Shown: positions 16,563 to 27,078 of the stretch, in pieces
How the letters are laid out: every line of letters starts with the position of its first letter
Numbering within the stretch: the first letter of the stretch is position 1
Virus genome (UHGV): UHGV-0164981
Source of the DNA: a virus
Length of the DNA stretch: 43,926 bases
Reading direction: 5' to 3' (one strand)
The notes under the pieces: generated by a model
Told to the model about the DNA's origin: nothing
The model's database searches: none
The model's input: the letters and a program-made list of their open reading frames with translations, nothing else
Translations under genes and position numbers: made by a program

Positions 16563-18812
16563 ATGAGTTACCTGTTCTTAGACTTTGAAACATTCTCCGA
16601 AGCCGATTTGAAGAAAGTCGGCTCCTATGCTTACGCTGAGCACCCAACTACCGAAGTGCTTATCTGCACATACGCTTTTGACAACGAGCCAGTGCAGATA
16701 TGGGATTGCACCGACGGCAGCGACATGCCTGGCGATTTGCACCGCGCACTACGCCGCCTGGTTAAACCAAACAGTCGCATTAAGATGGTGTGGCATAACG
16801 GTGGACTTTTCGACAGGCTCATCATGAAAAACTGCTGGGACTTTGATATTCCGGTAAGCAACACCATTGATACTATGATTTGGGCGTTTCGCCACGCGCT
16901 GCCGGGTTCGCTAGATGCGCTGTGCGAAGTGCTTGGCGTGTCCGCCGACAACGCGAAAGACAAACGCGGCAAGGCGCTTATTCAGCGTTTCTCTAAACCG
17001 ACACCGAAGAACTACAAAATCCGCCGATACACCGCCGAAACGCACCCGGATGAGTGGGCGCTGTTCATCAAGTACGCCGTGAGCGACATCACTGCGATGC
17101 GTGAAGTCTTCCATAAGCTGCCGCGTTGGGGTAACTCAGAGTTCGAAGACCGTGTACTGGAACTGGACCAGTTAATCAATGACCGCGGGTTTAAGGTCGA
17201 CGTTGCACTGGCGGAAGCCGCGATTGAAGCCGTGGAGAAGCACAAGGCGCAGTTACAGGAAGAAGCCCAACGTAAATACGGCGGGTCGCTTACCGGTAAA
17301 GACTTTCTGCCTATTCTGCGTGAACTCGCTCCTGCGCACAGAATCCACAACGCGCAGAAGTCGACGCTGAATGACCTGCTGGCTGATGATGATTTACCGG
17401 ACGACGCTCGCGCGATTATCGAAATGCGCCTCGGGGCGGCGTCCACTGCGTCAACGAAATATAACCCGCTGCTGCTAGGACGCTCGTCGGACGACCGCCG
17501 TCGTGGTTGTATCCAGTACGGAGGCGCTAAGCGTACATTACGGTTTGCGGGTAAAGGCTTCCAGCCACAGAACCTCGCACGCGGGTACTATCACGACGAC
17601 CCGAAGAATAAAAAGAAGAAAGTACGTTATGACTGGATGTCAGAGAAGGACTGGTGGAGAGTAACGCACCCATTGTCCTACGGAATTGACCTGCTGTTTA
17701 AAGGCCGTGCGCATCGCCGTTTTGATGTGGCAAAACTGACAGCATCTACGGTGCGTAGCTGCATCATACCGGAAGCCGGGCATAAGTTTGTCGTAGCTGA
17801 TTACTCTAACGTTGAAGGTCGCGGGTTGGCATGGCTGGCAGGAGAAGAAACCGCTCTCGATACCTTCCGTGCGGGATTGGATATTTACTGTGTAACCGCG
17901 GGTAAGATGTTCGGCATGGACCCTGATTACATTCTCGAAAGCCGTAGTGACCTACGCCAGATAGGTAAAGCATGTGAATTGGGCCTTGGCTATGCTGGTG
18001 GTGTCGGTGCTTTCGTTCAGTTTGCTAAGAACCTCGGCTTAAACCTGGTCGATATGGCTAAAACAATGGACGGGACTTTCCCCGACCATATATGGGCCGC
18101 TACTGCACGCGGATACGAGTGGGCGCGTATTCAGGAAGCCAAGCGACCGCCACGCCCCGGTGAAAAAGATGACCGGCCATCATATATTCTCGATAAGAAA
18201 GTGTGGCGCACATGTGATGCAATCAAGCGTATGTGGCGCGAGTCTCACCCTGAAACAGTAGCATTCTGGCGTGATATTGAAGACGCAGCTATGGCGGCTA
18301 TCCGCAACCCAGGTAAAGAGTTCACTGCAGGTCCGCGGGGAGTTAAGTTTTCGCGTAACGTAGAAACAGATAACAACGGCAACAAAGTCGCTGGTTGGTG
18401 GTTGCGGATGACGTTGCCGTCGGGTCGCGTTATGTCATACCCCGGCGTCGGGTTAAGTGTATCGAAAGAGACAGACGAAGACGGAAAGGTGTCTACTAAC
18501 GTGCGCATCAAGTACCAGGGGGAAAACCAGTTAACCCGTCAGTGGGGCTTCCAGTACACCTACTCCGGTAAACTGGTGGAAAACTGCACTCAGGCGCTGT
18601 GCCGTGATTTGCTGGCTAACGCCCTGCTGAATGTAGAAGCAAACGGATATCCAATTGTGCTTCATGTTCACGATGAGATTATCTGCGAGACCCCAGATTT
18701 ACCAGAATACAATGTCGCAGAGCTTGGGCGGTTGATGTGCGAATTACCGGAATGGGCCGAAGGGTTCCCTCTTGTAGCGGAAGGTGCGGAGATGATGCGT
18801 TATGCCAAGTAA
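16563..18812 (+). CDS. DNA polymerase, family A (Pol I-like, with 3'-5' exonuclease domain)
   Basis: 749 aa; N-terminal FLDFETFS (Exo I-type DxE), later YAVSDI, and C-terminal HVHDEI resembling the family A motif C; length and layout fit a T7/Pol I-type enzyme. Confidence 0.85.
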   Translation: MSYLFLDFETFSEADLKKVGSYAYAEHPTTEVLICTYAFDNEPVQIWDCTDGSDMPGDLHRALRRLVKPNSRIKMVWHNGGLFDRLIMKNCWDFDIPVSNTIDTMIWAFRHALPGSLDALCEVLGVSADNAKDKRGKALIQRFSKPTPKNYKIRRYTAETHPDEWALFIKYAVSDITAMREVFHKLPRWGNSEFEDRVLELDQLINDRGFKVDVALAEAAIEAVEKHKAQLQEEAQRKYGGSLTGKDFLPILRELAPAHRIHNAQKSTLNDLLADDDLPDDARAIIEMRLGAASTASTKYNPLLLGRSSDDRRRGCIQYGGAKRTLRFAGKGFQPQNLARGYYHDDPKNKKKKVRYDWMSEKDWWRVTHPLSYGIDLLFKGRAHRRFDVAKLTASTVRSCIIPEAGHKFVVADYSNVEGRGLAWLAGEETALDTFRAGLDIYCVTAGKMFGMDPDYILESRSDLRQIGKACELGLGYAGGVGAFVQFAKNLGLNLVDMAKTMDGTFPDHIWAATARGYEWARIQEAKRPPRPGEKDDRPSYILDKKVWRTCDAIKRMWRESHPETVAFWRDIEDAAMAAIRNPGKEFTAGPRGVKFSRNVETDNNGNKVAGWWLRMTLPSGRVMSYPGVGLSVSKETDEDGKVSTNVRIKYQGENQLTRQWGFQYTYSGKLVENCTQALCRDLLANALLNVEANGYPIVLHVHDEIICETPDLPEYNVAELGRLMCELPEWAEGFPLVAEGAEMMRYAK

Positions 18813-19092
18813 ACTTATTATCGCGGTACTGGCGGGATTCGCCGCCGGTGTCTACTGTCACGAGGGCCAATACGGCATGATGGTTGCCGTGTTGGGCATG
18901 TTCATCGCAATTTATCTGTGGGTGCTGGAATGAAAATTTACTGGTTCTACGAAGAAGACTGTCGAATCTGTCCGCGCTGCGGGATTGAACATACGAAACG
19001 TGAGGGGTGTGTATTATGACAATGCTTACCACTATTATGATAATCGTAGCCGTGTTTTTAGGTGTTGCCGTTTTGAGTAAGGTAACGGACTG

Positions 19093-19377
19093 ATGACCCC
19101 GGAAGGCAAAATACAGAAATACGCGAAAGAGCGATTCGAGGCCCTCGGCGGCCTCGTTCGTAAACTTTCCTATGAGGGGCGCTCCGGCGCTCCCGACCTG
19201 CTGGTGATTCTCCCCGGCGGCATCGTCTGGTTCGTCGAGGTTAAGAAAGACGAAAACACGGAACCAGACCCACACCAGTTACGAGAGCATGAGCGGATGC
19301 GTAAACGTGGCGCGAATGTTTTTGTCGTCGGATCGTTTAAACAGGTTGACGACCTAATAGCGAACTATTATAGTTAG
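19093..19377 (+). CDS. VRR-NUC domain nuclease
   Basis: 94 aa; PDLLVILPGGIVWFVEVKKD...QLREHERMRKRGANVFVV matches the VRR-NUC layout (PD...(D/E)xK with trailing Q..E). Confidence 0.6.
   Translation: MTPEGKIQKYAKERFEALGGLVRKLSYEGRSGAPDLLVILPGGIVWFVEVKKDENTEPDPHQLREHERMRKRGANVFVVGSFKQVDDLIANYYS
19346..19374 (+). promoter_or_regulatory. class B promoter (TTGACG-17 nt-TATAGT) with AATAG-N4-CTATT inverted repeat
   Basis: TTGACG acctaatagcgaactat TATAGT, embedded in the 3' end of the VRR-NUC gene, upstream of the 19408 ORF and helicase. Confidence 0.5.
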
Positions 19378-19407
19378 CCCTACACCAACAATATAAGGAA
19401 TTGAGAA

Positions 19408-19599
19408 ATGAAACACGAATATGACCGCAAACCAGCACGTGACATCGTACCTGGTGACATGATTTTCAACGTTAAGACCCGTCGCCCTGTTGCCGTTGAT
19501 ACGGTGTTCGTCGAGTCGAATGGTAAACTGGTTATTGAAGACGTAACCGGTAACGTTACGGCGTTCGGGCGTAAAGAGTTAGTTCTGGTGGCAAAATGA
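19408..19599 (+). CDS. hypothetical protein
   Basis: 63-aa ORF with GGAATTGAG RBS-like sequence; stop overlaps the helicase start (ATGA). Confidence 0.45.
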   Translation: MKHEYDRKPARDIVPGDMIFNVKTRRPVAVDTVFVESNGKLVIEDVTGNVTAFGRKELVLVAK

Positions 19600-21020
19600 G
19601 TAAGTTTCAAAGGCGCGAATACCAGAAGCTCATGACTTCGTTCATGCTGCAACACCCGCGCTGTAATATCTGGTGCGGCATGGGAGGAGGTAAAACCTCC
19701 TCCACTATGTGGGTGCTAAACCGCCTGTTCCGCAACGGGCAGCTTACCGAAGAGGACCGCGTGTTAATCCTCGCCCCGTTGCGCGTTGCGTCCGGTACGT
19801 GGCCTGCAGAACAAGAGAAATGGAACTTTCCTTGTCTGCGTGTCGTAGATGCGACCGGTTCAGAGAAGCGCCGCATCGCGGCGCTGGAGTCTGATGCTAA
19901 CGTGGTGTGCACGAACTACGAAGTTATCGAATGGCTGATTGACTACTACGGCAAAGACGACTGGCCTTTTACGGTTATCGTTGCCGATGAAAGCACGAAG
20001 CTTAAATCATTCCGCAGCCGTTCGGGTGGTAGCAAGCGGGCAAAGGCGCTTAGTAAAGTGGCGTTCGGTAAGGTTAGGCGTTTCATCAACCTGACTGGTA
20101 CGCCGTCACCAAACGGCCTTAAAGACTTGTGGGGTCAGAACTGGTTTATCGACGCGGGCGAGCGCCTTGGCTCATCATACACGGCATTCACCGACCGCTG
20201 GTTTAACTCGGTACAGAAAGGAAAATCTGCGATGGCTCGTGAATATCACGCACGACCGGGTGCGGATAATGAGATTCACCAGAAGATGAAAGACATCAGC
20301 TTGACCATCGACCCCGCCGAGTGGTTTGGTTGCGAAGCTCCTGTTATCGTACCGGTCGAAATAGACCTGCCGAAGAAAGCGCGTCAGGCGTACATAGACA
20401 TGGAGGAGAAGCTATTCGCGGAACTGGAGAGCGGGGAGGTTGAAGCGGCTAACGCCGCGGCGAAGACGTCGAAGTGTTTGCAGATTGCATCCGGTGCCGT
20501 ATATGTGTCGGGGTCAGACGGCGAAGCAACCAAAGAATGGGAGAAAGTGCACGACACGAAACTGGATGCGCTGGAGTCAATTGTTGAGGAGTTACAGGGT
20601 GCACCGTTACTGGTGGCCTATCAGTTTAAGCACGAACTGGAGCGCATCCTTAAGCGATTCCCGCAGGCGCAGGCGTTTGCCAAAGGTGCGAAGGGTAATA
20701 AGCAGATGGAAGCGTGGAACCGAGGTGAAATCGAAATCATGTGCGTGCATCCTGCGTCAGCCGGGCATGGTTTGAATTTACAGGACGGCGGGCATCATCT
20801 TGCGTTCATCTCACAAGGATGGAACCTTGAGCACTATTTGCAGGTCGTTGAGCGCATAGGCCCGGTACGCCAGAAGCAGGCAGGCCACGAGCGCCCGGTG
20901 TTCCTTTATCACATAGTCGCTAAAGACACGCTGGATGAGGTTGTTGCCGCGCGTACAGACGATAAGAAATCGGTACAGGAAGAATTGCTCAATTACATGA
21001 AGAGACGAGGTACGAAATGA
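19596..21020 (+). CDS. SF2 helicase (SNF2/DEAD-like ATPase)
   Basis: 474 aa; Walker A CGMGGGKTSST, DExx-type VIVADESTK, and a C-terminal helicase region (HPASAGHGLNLQ) consistent with SF2 motifs. Confidence 0.7.
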   Translation: MSKFQRREYQKLMTSFMLQHPRCNIWCGMGGGKTSSTMWVLNRLFRNGQLTEEDRVLILAPLRVASGTWPAEQEKWNFPCLRVVDATGSEKRRIAALESDANVVCTNYEVIEWLIDYYGKDDWPFTVIVADESTKLKSFRSRSGGSKRAKALSKVAFGKVRRFINLTGTPSPNGLKDLWGQNWFIDAGERLGSSYTAFTDRWFNSVQKGKSAMAREYHARPGADNEIHQKMKDISLTIDPAEWFGCEAPVIVPVEIDLPKKARQAYIDMEEKLFAELESGEVEAANAAAKTSKCLQIASGAVYVSGSDGEATKEWEKVHDTKLDALESIVEELQGAPLLVAYQFKHELERILKRFPQAQAFAKGAKGNKQMEAWNRGEIEIMCVHPASAGHGLNLQDGGHHLAFISQGWNLEHYLQVVERIGPVRQKQAGHERPVFLYHIVAKDTLDEVVAARTDDKKSVQEELLNYMKRRGTK

Positions 21021-21154
21021 ACATCATAGCCCCGATTCCGGCGTTGCAAAAACGTATCAAGGAACTCGAAGAAGAGGTTCTACGACTACGGCAGCAAAGG
21101 GACGCCGCTAATGCGCAACTGGCGTTTGTACTGGAGAAGTTGTCAGAAGAGTAG
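21017..21154 (+). CDS. small coiled-coil protein
   Basis: About 45-aa ORF (not in track) overlapping the helicase stop: MNIIAPIPALQKRIKELEEEVLRLRQQRDAANAQLAFVLEKLSEE; coordinates approximate. Confidence 0.3.
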   Translation: MNIIAPIPALQKRIKELEEEVLRLRQQRDAANAQLAFVLEKLSEE

Positions 21155-21157
21155 AGA

Positions 21158-21180
21158 AAAGGCCCCGTTTGGGGCCTTAA
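21158..21180. terminator. bidirectional hairpin AAGGCCCC-GTTT-GGGGCCTT between the convergent replication and tail modules
   Basis: Perfect 8-bp GC stem with A-run and T-run flanks, at the strand switch. Confidence 0.65.
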
Positions 21181-21185
21181 GGCTA

Positions 21186-23639
21186 TTACACCTGATATAC
21201 ACCACTGTTTACATAGTTAGCCTGAATTCGTGTACGGAACGTAGAATCAGCAAGCTGATATGAATTTAACTGGACCAGAATCGCGCATCCGGAATATTTA
21301 CCTGTGGCACTATTCGCGGACTCGTTAGCCCCAAAAAGCAGGCCTATTGTTGAGTTAGATGTTTCAGTTACTCCAGTTATGGCTGAAATCCATCCAAACA
21401 CGCAACTGGTAAAATCAAATATCCCGGTCCTGTACCCCCCGCTACTGGACCAACCTAACCCATAGATTCGACAGTTGTTAAAGAAAATTCTGTTGTATGA
21501 AGCGGAAGTGCGAGCGACCGCGCCGTCGATGTAACCCATTGCCATATCCTGGTCAGACACTCTTATTAACATATCATTCCAGGCCCCTACATAAGGCACA
21601 CAGTTAAAGCTATCAGATATAGAAATATCTTGCGGCACACCGTATGTGGTGAATTTAAAAGTTTGCACGTTATATCGCGGGTTGCTTGATGATACGGTGT
21701 TACCTAATCTTGCCAAATCGACGTTCTTAACGGTTAGTTTGTATTTACCGCGACCAACAATCGTTGATAGTTGGGATGCTGTCAGGCTTGAGTAATTCCG
21801 CCGGTTAGAAACCACGTTAGCCGAAAGTGAAGCGCCGTATGACCGTGTCCCTACAACCTTCACATTTTCAATATAATGACTGTTAGGGAGAATCATATAT
21901 TGTTCGTAGTTGCTTCCTGGGGACACCCCGAGGTCAAGAATACGCAAGTCGACAAGGCCAGATGCGTTAGTAAGGTCAAGAGATACATCCTTTATGACTA
22001 CATCCGGGCTTGTAGCTATAAAATTACCGTTATATTTAGGTTCCAGGCTGCTGACGACAAAGTATCCTGTACATGTGGACGGCAGCACCACGCGCAAACC
22101 CTCTACGCGCACCTCACCGTCCCACGACGACATATAATCTCGTTTAACAGAAAAGAACTCCATTACATCTTTGCCGTACAGGCCGAGGTGCTTGCAGTTA
22201 GTGGCAACCCACTCCCCCCATCCTTGCGCCGTGCAATGGTAGCGTACAGTTGTCTCATTCACGTAAATGTCGGAGTTACTGAAATGCCCACCTACCCCCG
22301 CCAGGTCGCAACGGTTTATGTGCACATTACGCGTCATATTCCCGTCATACCCACCCCACCCATTGATGTTTGCGCAATCCTCTACCACTACATCAGAACA
22401 TTTCTCAGCAAGAATAAAATACGCGGCCTCATCCCTTCCCGCTGGTAACGATGGCGCTGTTCCACTAAGGTAGCCAACCGGTGACATATAGATTTTTGAC
22501 GCCTTAACGCGCGAACACCCCTGTAAATTAATAGCCTGTCGTGCGCTCCCATTGTTACTGATAATTACGGTCATACCTTCAATTACGGTATTATTTCTCT
22601 CGCATAGAATAATGTTGTTGATGCGCGCACCATCTAGCGCTACCCGCGGCGGCTTGACTACCATTGTGCCGACAAACGGCTTATATGACACAGTGGGTGT
22701 GGAGCTATAAGTGTAGTAGTTACGGTATCTCAGAGTGCCGTCGGGGTCGATTTCGTGAACCTCTGTTTTTGTTTTACTTTCGCCAGTGTCGCGTAGCATG
22801 ACGACATCTGTAGAATCAAGAATAAGAGACCCCTGTAACCCAGTAACAGGGAAGCTCGTCTGCCCTTTCAGGTAACTTACTGCGGAAAACATCGAAGTTA
22901 CGTCAGTAGTAGATTGAGGTATATGAAAAAGAGTAGTGTCAAGGGACCACACATCGCCGGATTGATAAGTAGAACATGTGACAGTTGCCCCGCTCATATC
23001 CGCAGGCACTTCTATAGATAACGGGTCGCTACTGCTTGCCGTCAAAACATAATCACCATTTGCCAAAAAAGATGAGCCGCGTGATTTAGCTTCCGCCAAC
23101 GCAGCTTTCCACGCAGCGGTGTGGTCTGTCTCCAGCCCTGTCATAAACATCTCTGGTGTCACGGGGGTAGCGGTCTTAATATGGTCAAGTTCTTCTGCAA
23201 TTGTAAGACCGGAAGAGTGTCCAACAAGAGCGCTGCCAGAGGTTGATGCTAATTCTTCACGTAAATCAGGGTCAGTCTGAGACTTCCAGTTAGCGTTACC
23301 AACGGGGTTAAATGCCGCCGGAACCGTAACAGGCAGTGTGCCGGCATACGAGTACCATGTCTTACTTACAGGGTCGTAAACGACTTTGTCGCGGTCATTA
23401 ACTGTTAACGTACCGCCGGTGGAAAAGTCCCATGACACTGGAGAAAAACCAGCGTCACGCAACACGGCAGGAAGCGTCTTCTGAGTCTGCCCAGTAACTG
23501 CGTTGGTCGCGTAATCAATATCCGCACCCGTAGCCACACCGCCCGCTTTACCCGTGATAACCTCGGCTTCGAAGATCTGGTGTTTCTTGGCGGTTTGTAA
23601 ATCCGCCAGGCTTAAAACGTCACCGCATCCGCTTGACAT
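21186..23639 (-). CDS. tailspike / tail fiber protein with probable beta-helix (depolymerase-like) domain
   Basis: 817 aa, last gene of the minus-strand virion module; Ser/Thr/Asn/Gly-rich repetitive central region typical of right-handed beta-helix receptor-binding proteins. Confidence 0.6.
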   Translation of the reverse strand: MSSGCGDVLSLADLQTAKKHQIFEAEVITGKAGGVATGADIDYATNAVTGQTQKTLPAVLRDAGFSPVSWDFSTGGTLTVNDRDKVVYDPVSKTWYSYAGTLPVTVPAAFNPVGNANWKSQTDPDLREELASTSGSALVGHSSGLTIAEELDHIKTATPVTPEMFMTGLETDHTAAWKAALAEAKSRGSSFLANGDYVLTASSSDPLSIEVPADMSGATVTCSTYQSGDVWSLDTTLFHIPQSTTDVTSMFSAVSYLKGQTSFPVTGLQGSLILDSTDVVMLRDTGESKTKTEVHEIDPDGTLRYRNYYTYSSTPTVSYKPFVGTMVVKPPRVALDGARINNIILCERNNTVIEGMTVIISNNGSARQAINLQGCSRVKASKIYMSPVGYLSGTAPSLPAGRDEAAYFILAEKCSDVVVEDCANINGWGGYDGNMTRNVHINRCDLAGVGGHFSNSDIYVNETTVRYHCTAQGWGEWVATNCKHLGLYGKDVMEFFSVKRDYMSSWDGEVRVEGLRVVLPSTCTGYFVVSSLEPKYNGNFIATSPDVVIKDVSLDLTNASGLVDLRILDLGVSPGSNYEQYMILPNSHYIENVKVVGTRSYGASLSANVVSNRRNYSSLTASQLSTIVGRGKYKLTVKNVDLARLGNTVSSSNPRYNVQTFKFTTYGVPQDISISDSFNCVPYVGAWNDMLIRVSDQDMAMGYIDGAVARTSASYNRIFFNNCRIYGLGWSSSGGYRTGIFDFTSCVFGWISAITGVTETSNSTIGLLFGANESANSATGKYSGCAILVQLNSYQLADSTFRTRIQANYVNSGVYQV

Positions 23640-23651
23640 ATAGAGTCCTCT

Positions 23652-26207
23652 TTAATTAAAACCATTGCTGAATCCGTCGGAGAAACCGCTGCCGTATGGC
23701 GCGACGCCGTCGTATTTATAGAATCCGTCGTCATAGTTGTAGCCCGTAATCTTGACCGTGCGGTCGTCGCCGGGGTCGATTGAAGAAACAACTATCTTCT
23801 GAGCATTATGCCTTGCTTCGTTGCCGAATGAAAACTCAGTTTTTAGTGCACTATTCCCCGTGTAGATTGCTTCCTCCGGCGCGGAGAGCATAATCACTTC
23901 GCGGTCATGGCTTCCTTCGATAACGGATATACTCTGCACGGAGCCGTCTCGCTTCTTGAGGATGATGGAGTGGTCATCGCCGGGGGTAAACGTAACAGGT
24001 TGCGATAGCGTCAGCGTAAGCCCATTAACGGCAACAATGTAGCCATCCTGCGGTGCAATACGGGAGCCTTTAACCACGCTGATTATGCCGCCGGGTGTGG
24101 CGAGAGCACCTTCTTCGGTAGCTTCGAACTCTACGACAACTTTACTTAACGCGTTGCGCTGGTAGCGACGCCACGCCAGCCAATATGCCTGCTGATAGTT
24201 ACGTACGCCCTTCGATTCATATTCCTCGGTGTTTGCTCCGAGTTCTTCCGGGATATAAATCGTTTCCTGTACGTTAGTATCCGGGTCGATGTATGAGAAC
24301 GACAGGCTATCGTAGGTTGTAGAATCGTTGAACGTGCGGGTCCATTTCTCCGTACCGGTAGTTTTGCTGCGGTGGGTGAACACCATTTCAGGCCCCGCAA
24401 CCGGACGATCGAATCGCAGCATAATATCCGCACCTTTACGGTACGCAGTACAGAACACGGCTTCCGCTATGGTCTGAACAATGTCCTGCATGGTTGTGTC
24501 GTAATCGTCGAACGTGTAGCAGAACTGACCTGCTAATTCGCTACCGAAATATGACTCAATCTCTTCCTGCACGGCGAGTAACTTGTCCATGTTTGCGGTT
24601 GTCAGTTCCAGATTGCCAACCACCGGGTCGCGCGCCAGTCGGATTAGCGACTGCACAGCCTGGGTATTTGGCGTCATTACTGTATCGAATACGCCGTTGC
24701 CTAAGTATTTGTAGCACATCTCGGTTGCAATCATGCGCAGTTCCGGGTTGTCGATACTGGCGGCCCGCGGCGTCTGTTTACGGGCGCAATGTACTGTTGT
24801 CCTGTTGCCGTAGTGCGGGGTTGTGTCCAGAGACTGCCCGTACAGGTTGATGAACGTTATCTCGTCGCTTACCGTTCCGTCGTAGTCCTTATCGAAATTC
24901 GTTATACGGCGCATACGGGCGCGGAAACGCGATGCAGTAGGCAACTGCCCATAAATGGATGTACCGACGTAATCCGTGCTATTACCGGTAATTGTGGCCT
25001 GTACCGTGTAAATACCGCTCAACGGGTTACGCTGAGAGTCAATCATCTGGTACTGGAGTTCTACGGTTACGCTGGTGCGGTTATAGCCGCCATCGTATTT
25101 GTAGAGGCCGTTCTGCCCGGCAACGTTAGCAAGCACACGGTCAACTTCCCCGCGCACCATGTAATACCAGTCGGTCAGGGATACGTCATAGGTGTTGCTC
25201 GGGCCAATAAACGTATCTGAACGCTCTGTTAGGGTGTACGTCTGCCCGCTGGTCAACGCCGCCCAGTTAGACGCTCCGTTTACCGCTAATCTAACTTCGA
25301 AGTCGTCGACATATAAAACTTCAAACGAGCCGTTCAGGTTAGTGACGTCCGCAACGTCAAAGTTGCTCAGCACCGCTACGTCGCCAACGCTAAGAAACTC
25401 AGAAAAAGCAGAGTCGCCTGACGGGTCATAAATGTAGCCGGTGTTTGAGATACGTTTGGCTGTGCCGTCGGCGCTTGGGTTAGCTCCGATGTCGTTTGGT
25501 GCTTTCAGTACGATACCGTCAACGTCGTCGTTGGAGTATGTCACATAGAGTTTCTGGTCAATGACGTCGCCGATTTGTAGCTGCGGCGATGCGGTGTTGT
25601 TCGGGGAAGTATACGGCGCATACACGGCTACAGAGGAGCCTGTGATGTCGCTTATCAGGGTGTCGCCTTCCGTTACGCCATCAGCCTCAATATGCAGATG
25701 CCCGCGCCCCGCGTCATAATACGAATACTCCAGCAAAGCACCCGTGGAGTTGAACGCTTTATACGTCTGCATCAGGTCGTTAGGGATTGTCTGCACAGTC
25801 CCGCAGATGTCATAGGAGCGCTCGTAAGGACGAGGCTTGTTGGAGCGATCTGTTAGGCTGTTATTCGGTGACGTTGTCTGATTGTTAGTCGCCGTGTAGT
25901 TGGCGTTTGCGGACATGTTCAGACCAAACAACTTGGCAATTGGCTTAAGGATAAAACCAAACACCTTACTAACCGCACCGAGCGCCCCGCTACCCGCACC
26001 CTCAATAATGTGGTACACGGCGTCTTCGTCTTTGAGCGCGTCGAAGTCGTCTGTCACATCAGTATCATCGCCAATCTCACCGAGGTAGACGCGCACAGGC
26101 ACGCCGTCCGGGATACGGTTAACGACAAACTCCATCGGCATCCCGACGTGTTTTGTACGGTCGAAAGCGCCGTCGGCGTTTCGCGTGTAGTGCAGGATTA
26201 TCGCCAA
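23652..26207 (-). CDS. tail fiber / host-specificity (central tail tip) protein
   Basis: 851-aa ORF between minor tail genes and tailspike; TTG start with GGAGAT RBS; Gly/Ser/Phe-rich C-terminus (GSGFSDGFSNGFN). Confidence 0.5.
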   Translation of the reverse strand: MAIILHYTRNADGAFDRTKHVGMPMEFVVNRIPDGVPVRVYLGEIGDDTDVTDDFDALKDEDAVYHIIEGAGSGALGAVSKVFGFILKPIAKLFGLNMSANANYTATNNQTTSPNNSLTDRSNKPRPYERSYDICGTVQTIPNDLMQTYKAFNSTGALLEYSYYDAGRGHLHIEADGVTEGDTLISDITGSSVAVYAPYTSPNNTASPQLQIGDVIDQKLYVTYSNDDVDGIVLKAPNDIGANPSADGTAKRISNTGYIYDPSGDSAFSEFLSVGDVAVLSNFDVADVTNLNGSFEVLYVDDFEVRLAVNGASNWAALTSGQTYTLTERSDTFIGPSNTYDVSLTDWYYMVRGEVDRVLANVAGQNGLYKYDGGYNRTSVTVELQYQMIDSQRNPLSGIYTVQATITGNSTDYVGTSIYGQLPTASRFRARMRRITNFDKDYDGTVSDEITFINLYGQSLDTTPHYGNRTTVHCARKQTPRAASIDNPELRMIATEMCYKYLGNGVFDTVMTPNTQAVQSLIRLARDPVVGNLELTTANMDKLLAVQEEIESYFGSELAGQFCYTFDDYDTTMQDIVQTIAEAVFCTAYRKGADIMLRFDRPVAGPEMVFTHRSKTTGTEKWTRTFNDSTTYDSLSFSYIDPDTNVQETIYIPEELGANTEEYESKGVRNYQQAYWLAWRRYQRNALSKVVVEFEATEEGALATPGGIISVVKGSRIAPQDGYIVAVNGLTLTLSQPVTFTPGDDHSIILKKRDGSVQSISVIEGSHDREVIMLSAPEEAIYTGNSALKTEFSFGNEARHNAQKIVVSSIDPGDDRTVKITGYNYDDGFYKYDGVAPYGSGFSDGFSNGFN

Positions 26208-26563
26208 AATTCAATCTCCGTGTACGTGTCTCTGAGGTCCGCCAGCCTGTCAAGCCGTACCTGACGTGACGCAAGCTCACAATGACTCACCATCCCGTCG
26301 AAGTAAACTCCCGCATGCCACACGATACGACCACCACGGCGATACCCCATAAGAACCGCGCAGAAGTTTTCAGGCGTATCAATTTTCGTAAGCCCCTTCG
26401 TGTCGCGGTGGCCTTCGTCAAACGCTTCGTTAATTGCCGTAGGGCTTGTAACGTCAAACGCCGGGGTCTCTAACCCGGCATCGGCCCGTACAATGCGTAC
26501 GTGATGCCAGCAATTGCGTTTGCGAAAGTCGTAAGGTATGCCCGTGTAGTCGTTAATATTCAT
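26198..26563 (-). CDS. putative tail assembly protein
   Basis: 121 aa with conserved Cys/His residues (NCWHH...HAGVYFDG...HCE); position equivalent to the small tail-tip assembly genes of siphophages. Confidence 0.35.
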   Translation of the reverse strand: MNINDYTGIPYDFRKRNCWHHVRIVRADAGLETPAFDVTSPTAINEAFDEGHRDTKGLTKIDTPENFCAVLMGYRRGGRIVWHAGVYFDGMVSHCELASRQVRLDRLADLRDTYTEIEFWR

Positions 26564-27075
26564 GTGGTCAACAGGCCGCGTAATAACGGTATCTCTTTAG
26601 GTGTCATCAGTATACCAGTGCTTCGTTGATTCAGCATAGGTGTACCGACATCTGCGGAGAACTCGCCCTTCTCCTGGTTGATGGCCTGCAACTCGTACAC
26701 GACCGGGCCGTCAGCCGGGTAAGACAGGTCGGTGCTGACGTAACGGCGGAAGACGAATTTCGGCAACTCGGTATTGCTCATCGGAATTTTATCCATCTCA
26801 TCATCCAGTTGATTGAGAATATCCGGTAAAGTAAACGTCGTCGTCTGGTCCATATCGCTATTATTAGCGGCCCCAGACGCTTCCATAGGGGTGGGTTCGA
26901 ACGTGATTATTTCGCCAGTCTCCAGTGTTGCCGTAAGTTCCTGTAACCCGCGCACAAGATAGTACGTCTTCGACAGCAACGGGTGGCTGATTTGCAACGT
27001 GATGTAATCCATCTCGCCGTCTGGATTTGAGGCCAGCTTACGGCGATAGGCTGCTTCTACTGATTCCTGGCTCAT
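26560..27075 (-). CDS. minor tail protein
   Basis: 171-aa ORF in the tail-tip block, overlapping neighbours. Confidence 0.4.
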   Translation of the reverse strand: MSQESVEAAYRRKLASNPDGEMDYITLQISHPLLSKTYYLVRGLQELTATLETGEIITFEPTPMEASGAANNSDMDQTTTFTLPDILNQLDDEMDKIPMSNTELPKFVFRRYVSTDLSYPADGPVVYELQAINQEKGEFSADVGTPMLNQRSTGILMTPKEIPLLRGLLTT

Positions 27076-27078
27076 AAG

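Noticed and set aside
21876-22473. Plus-strand ORFs (190, 75 and 68 aa) inside the tailspike gene
   Set aside because: They are antisense to a long, well-supported minus-strand gene with no independent signals.
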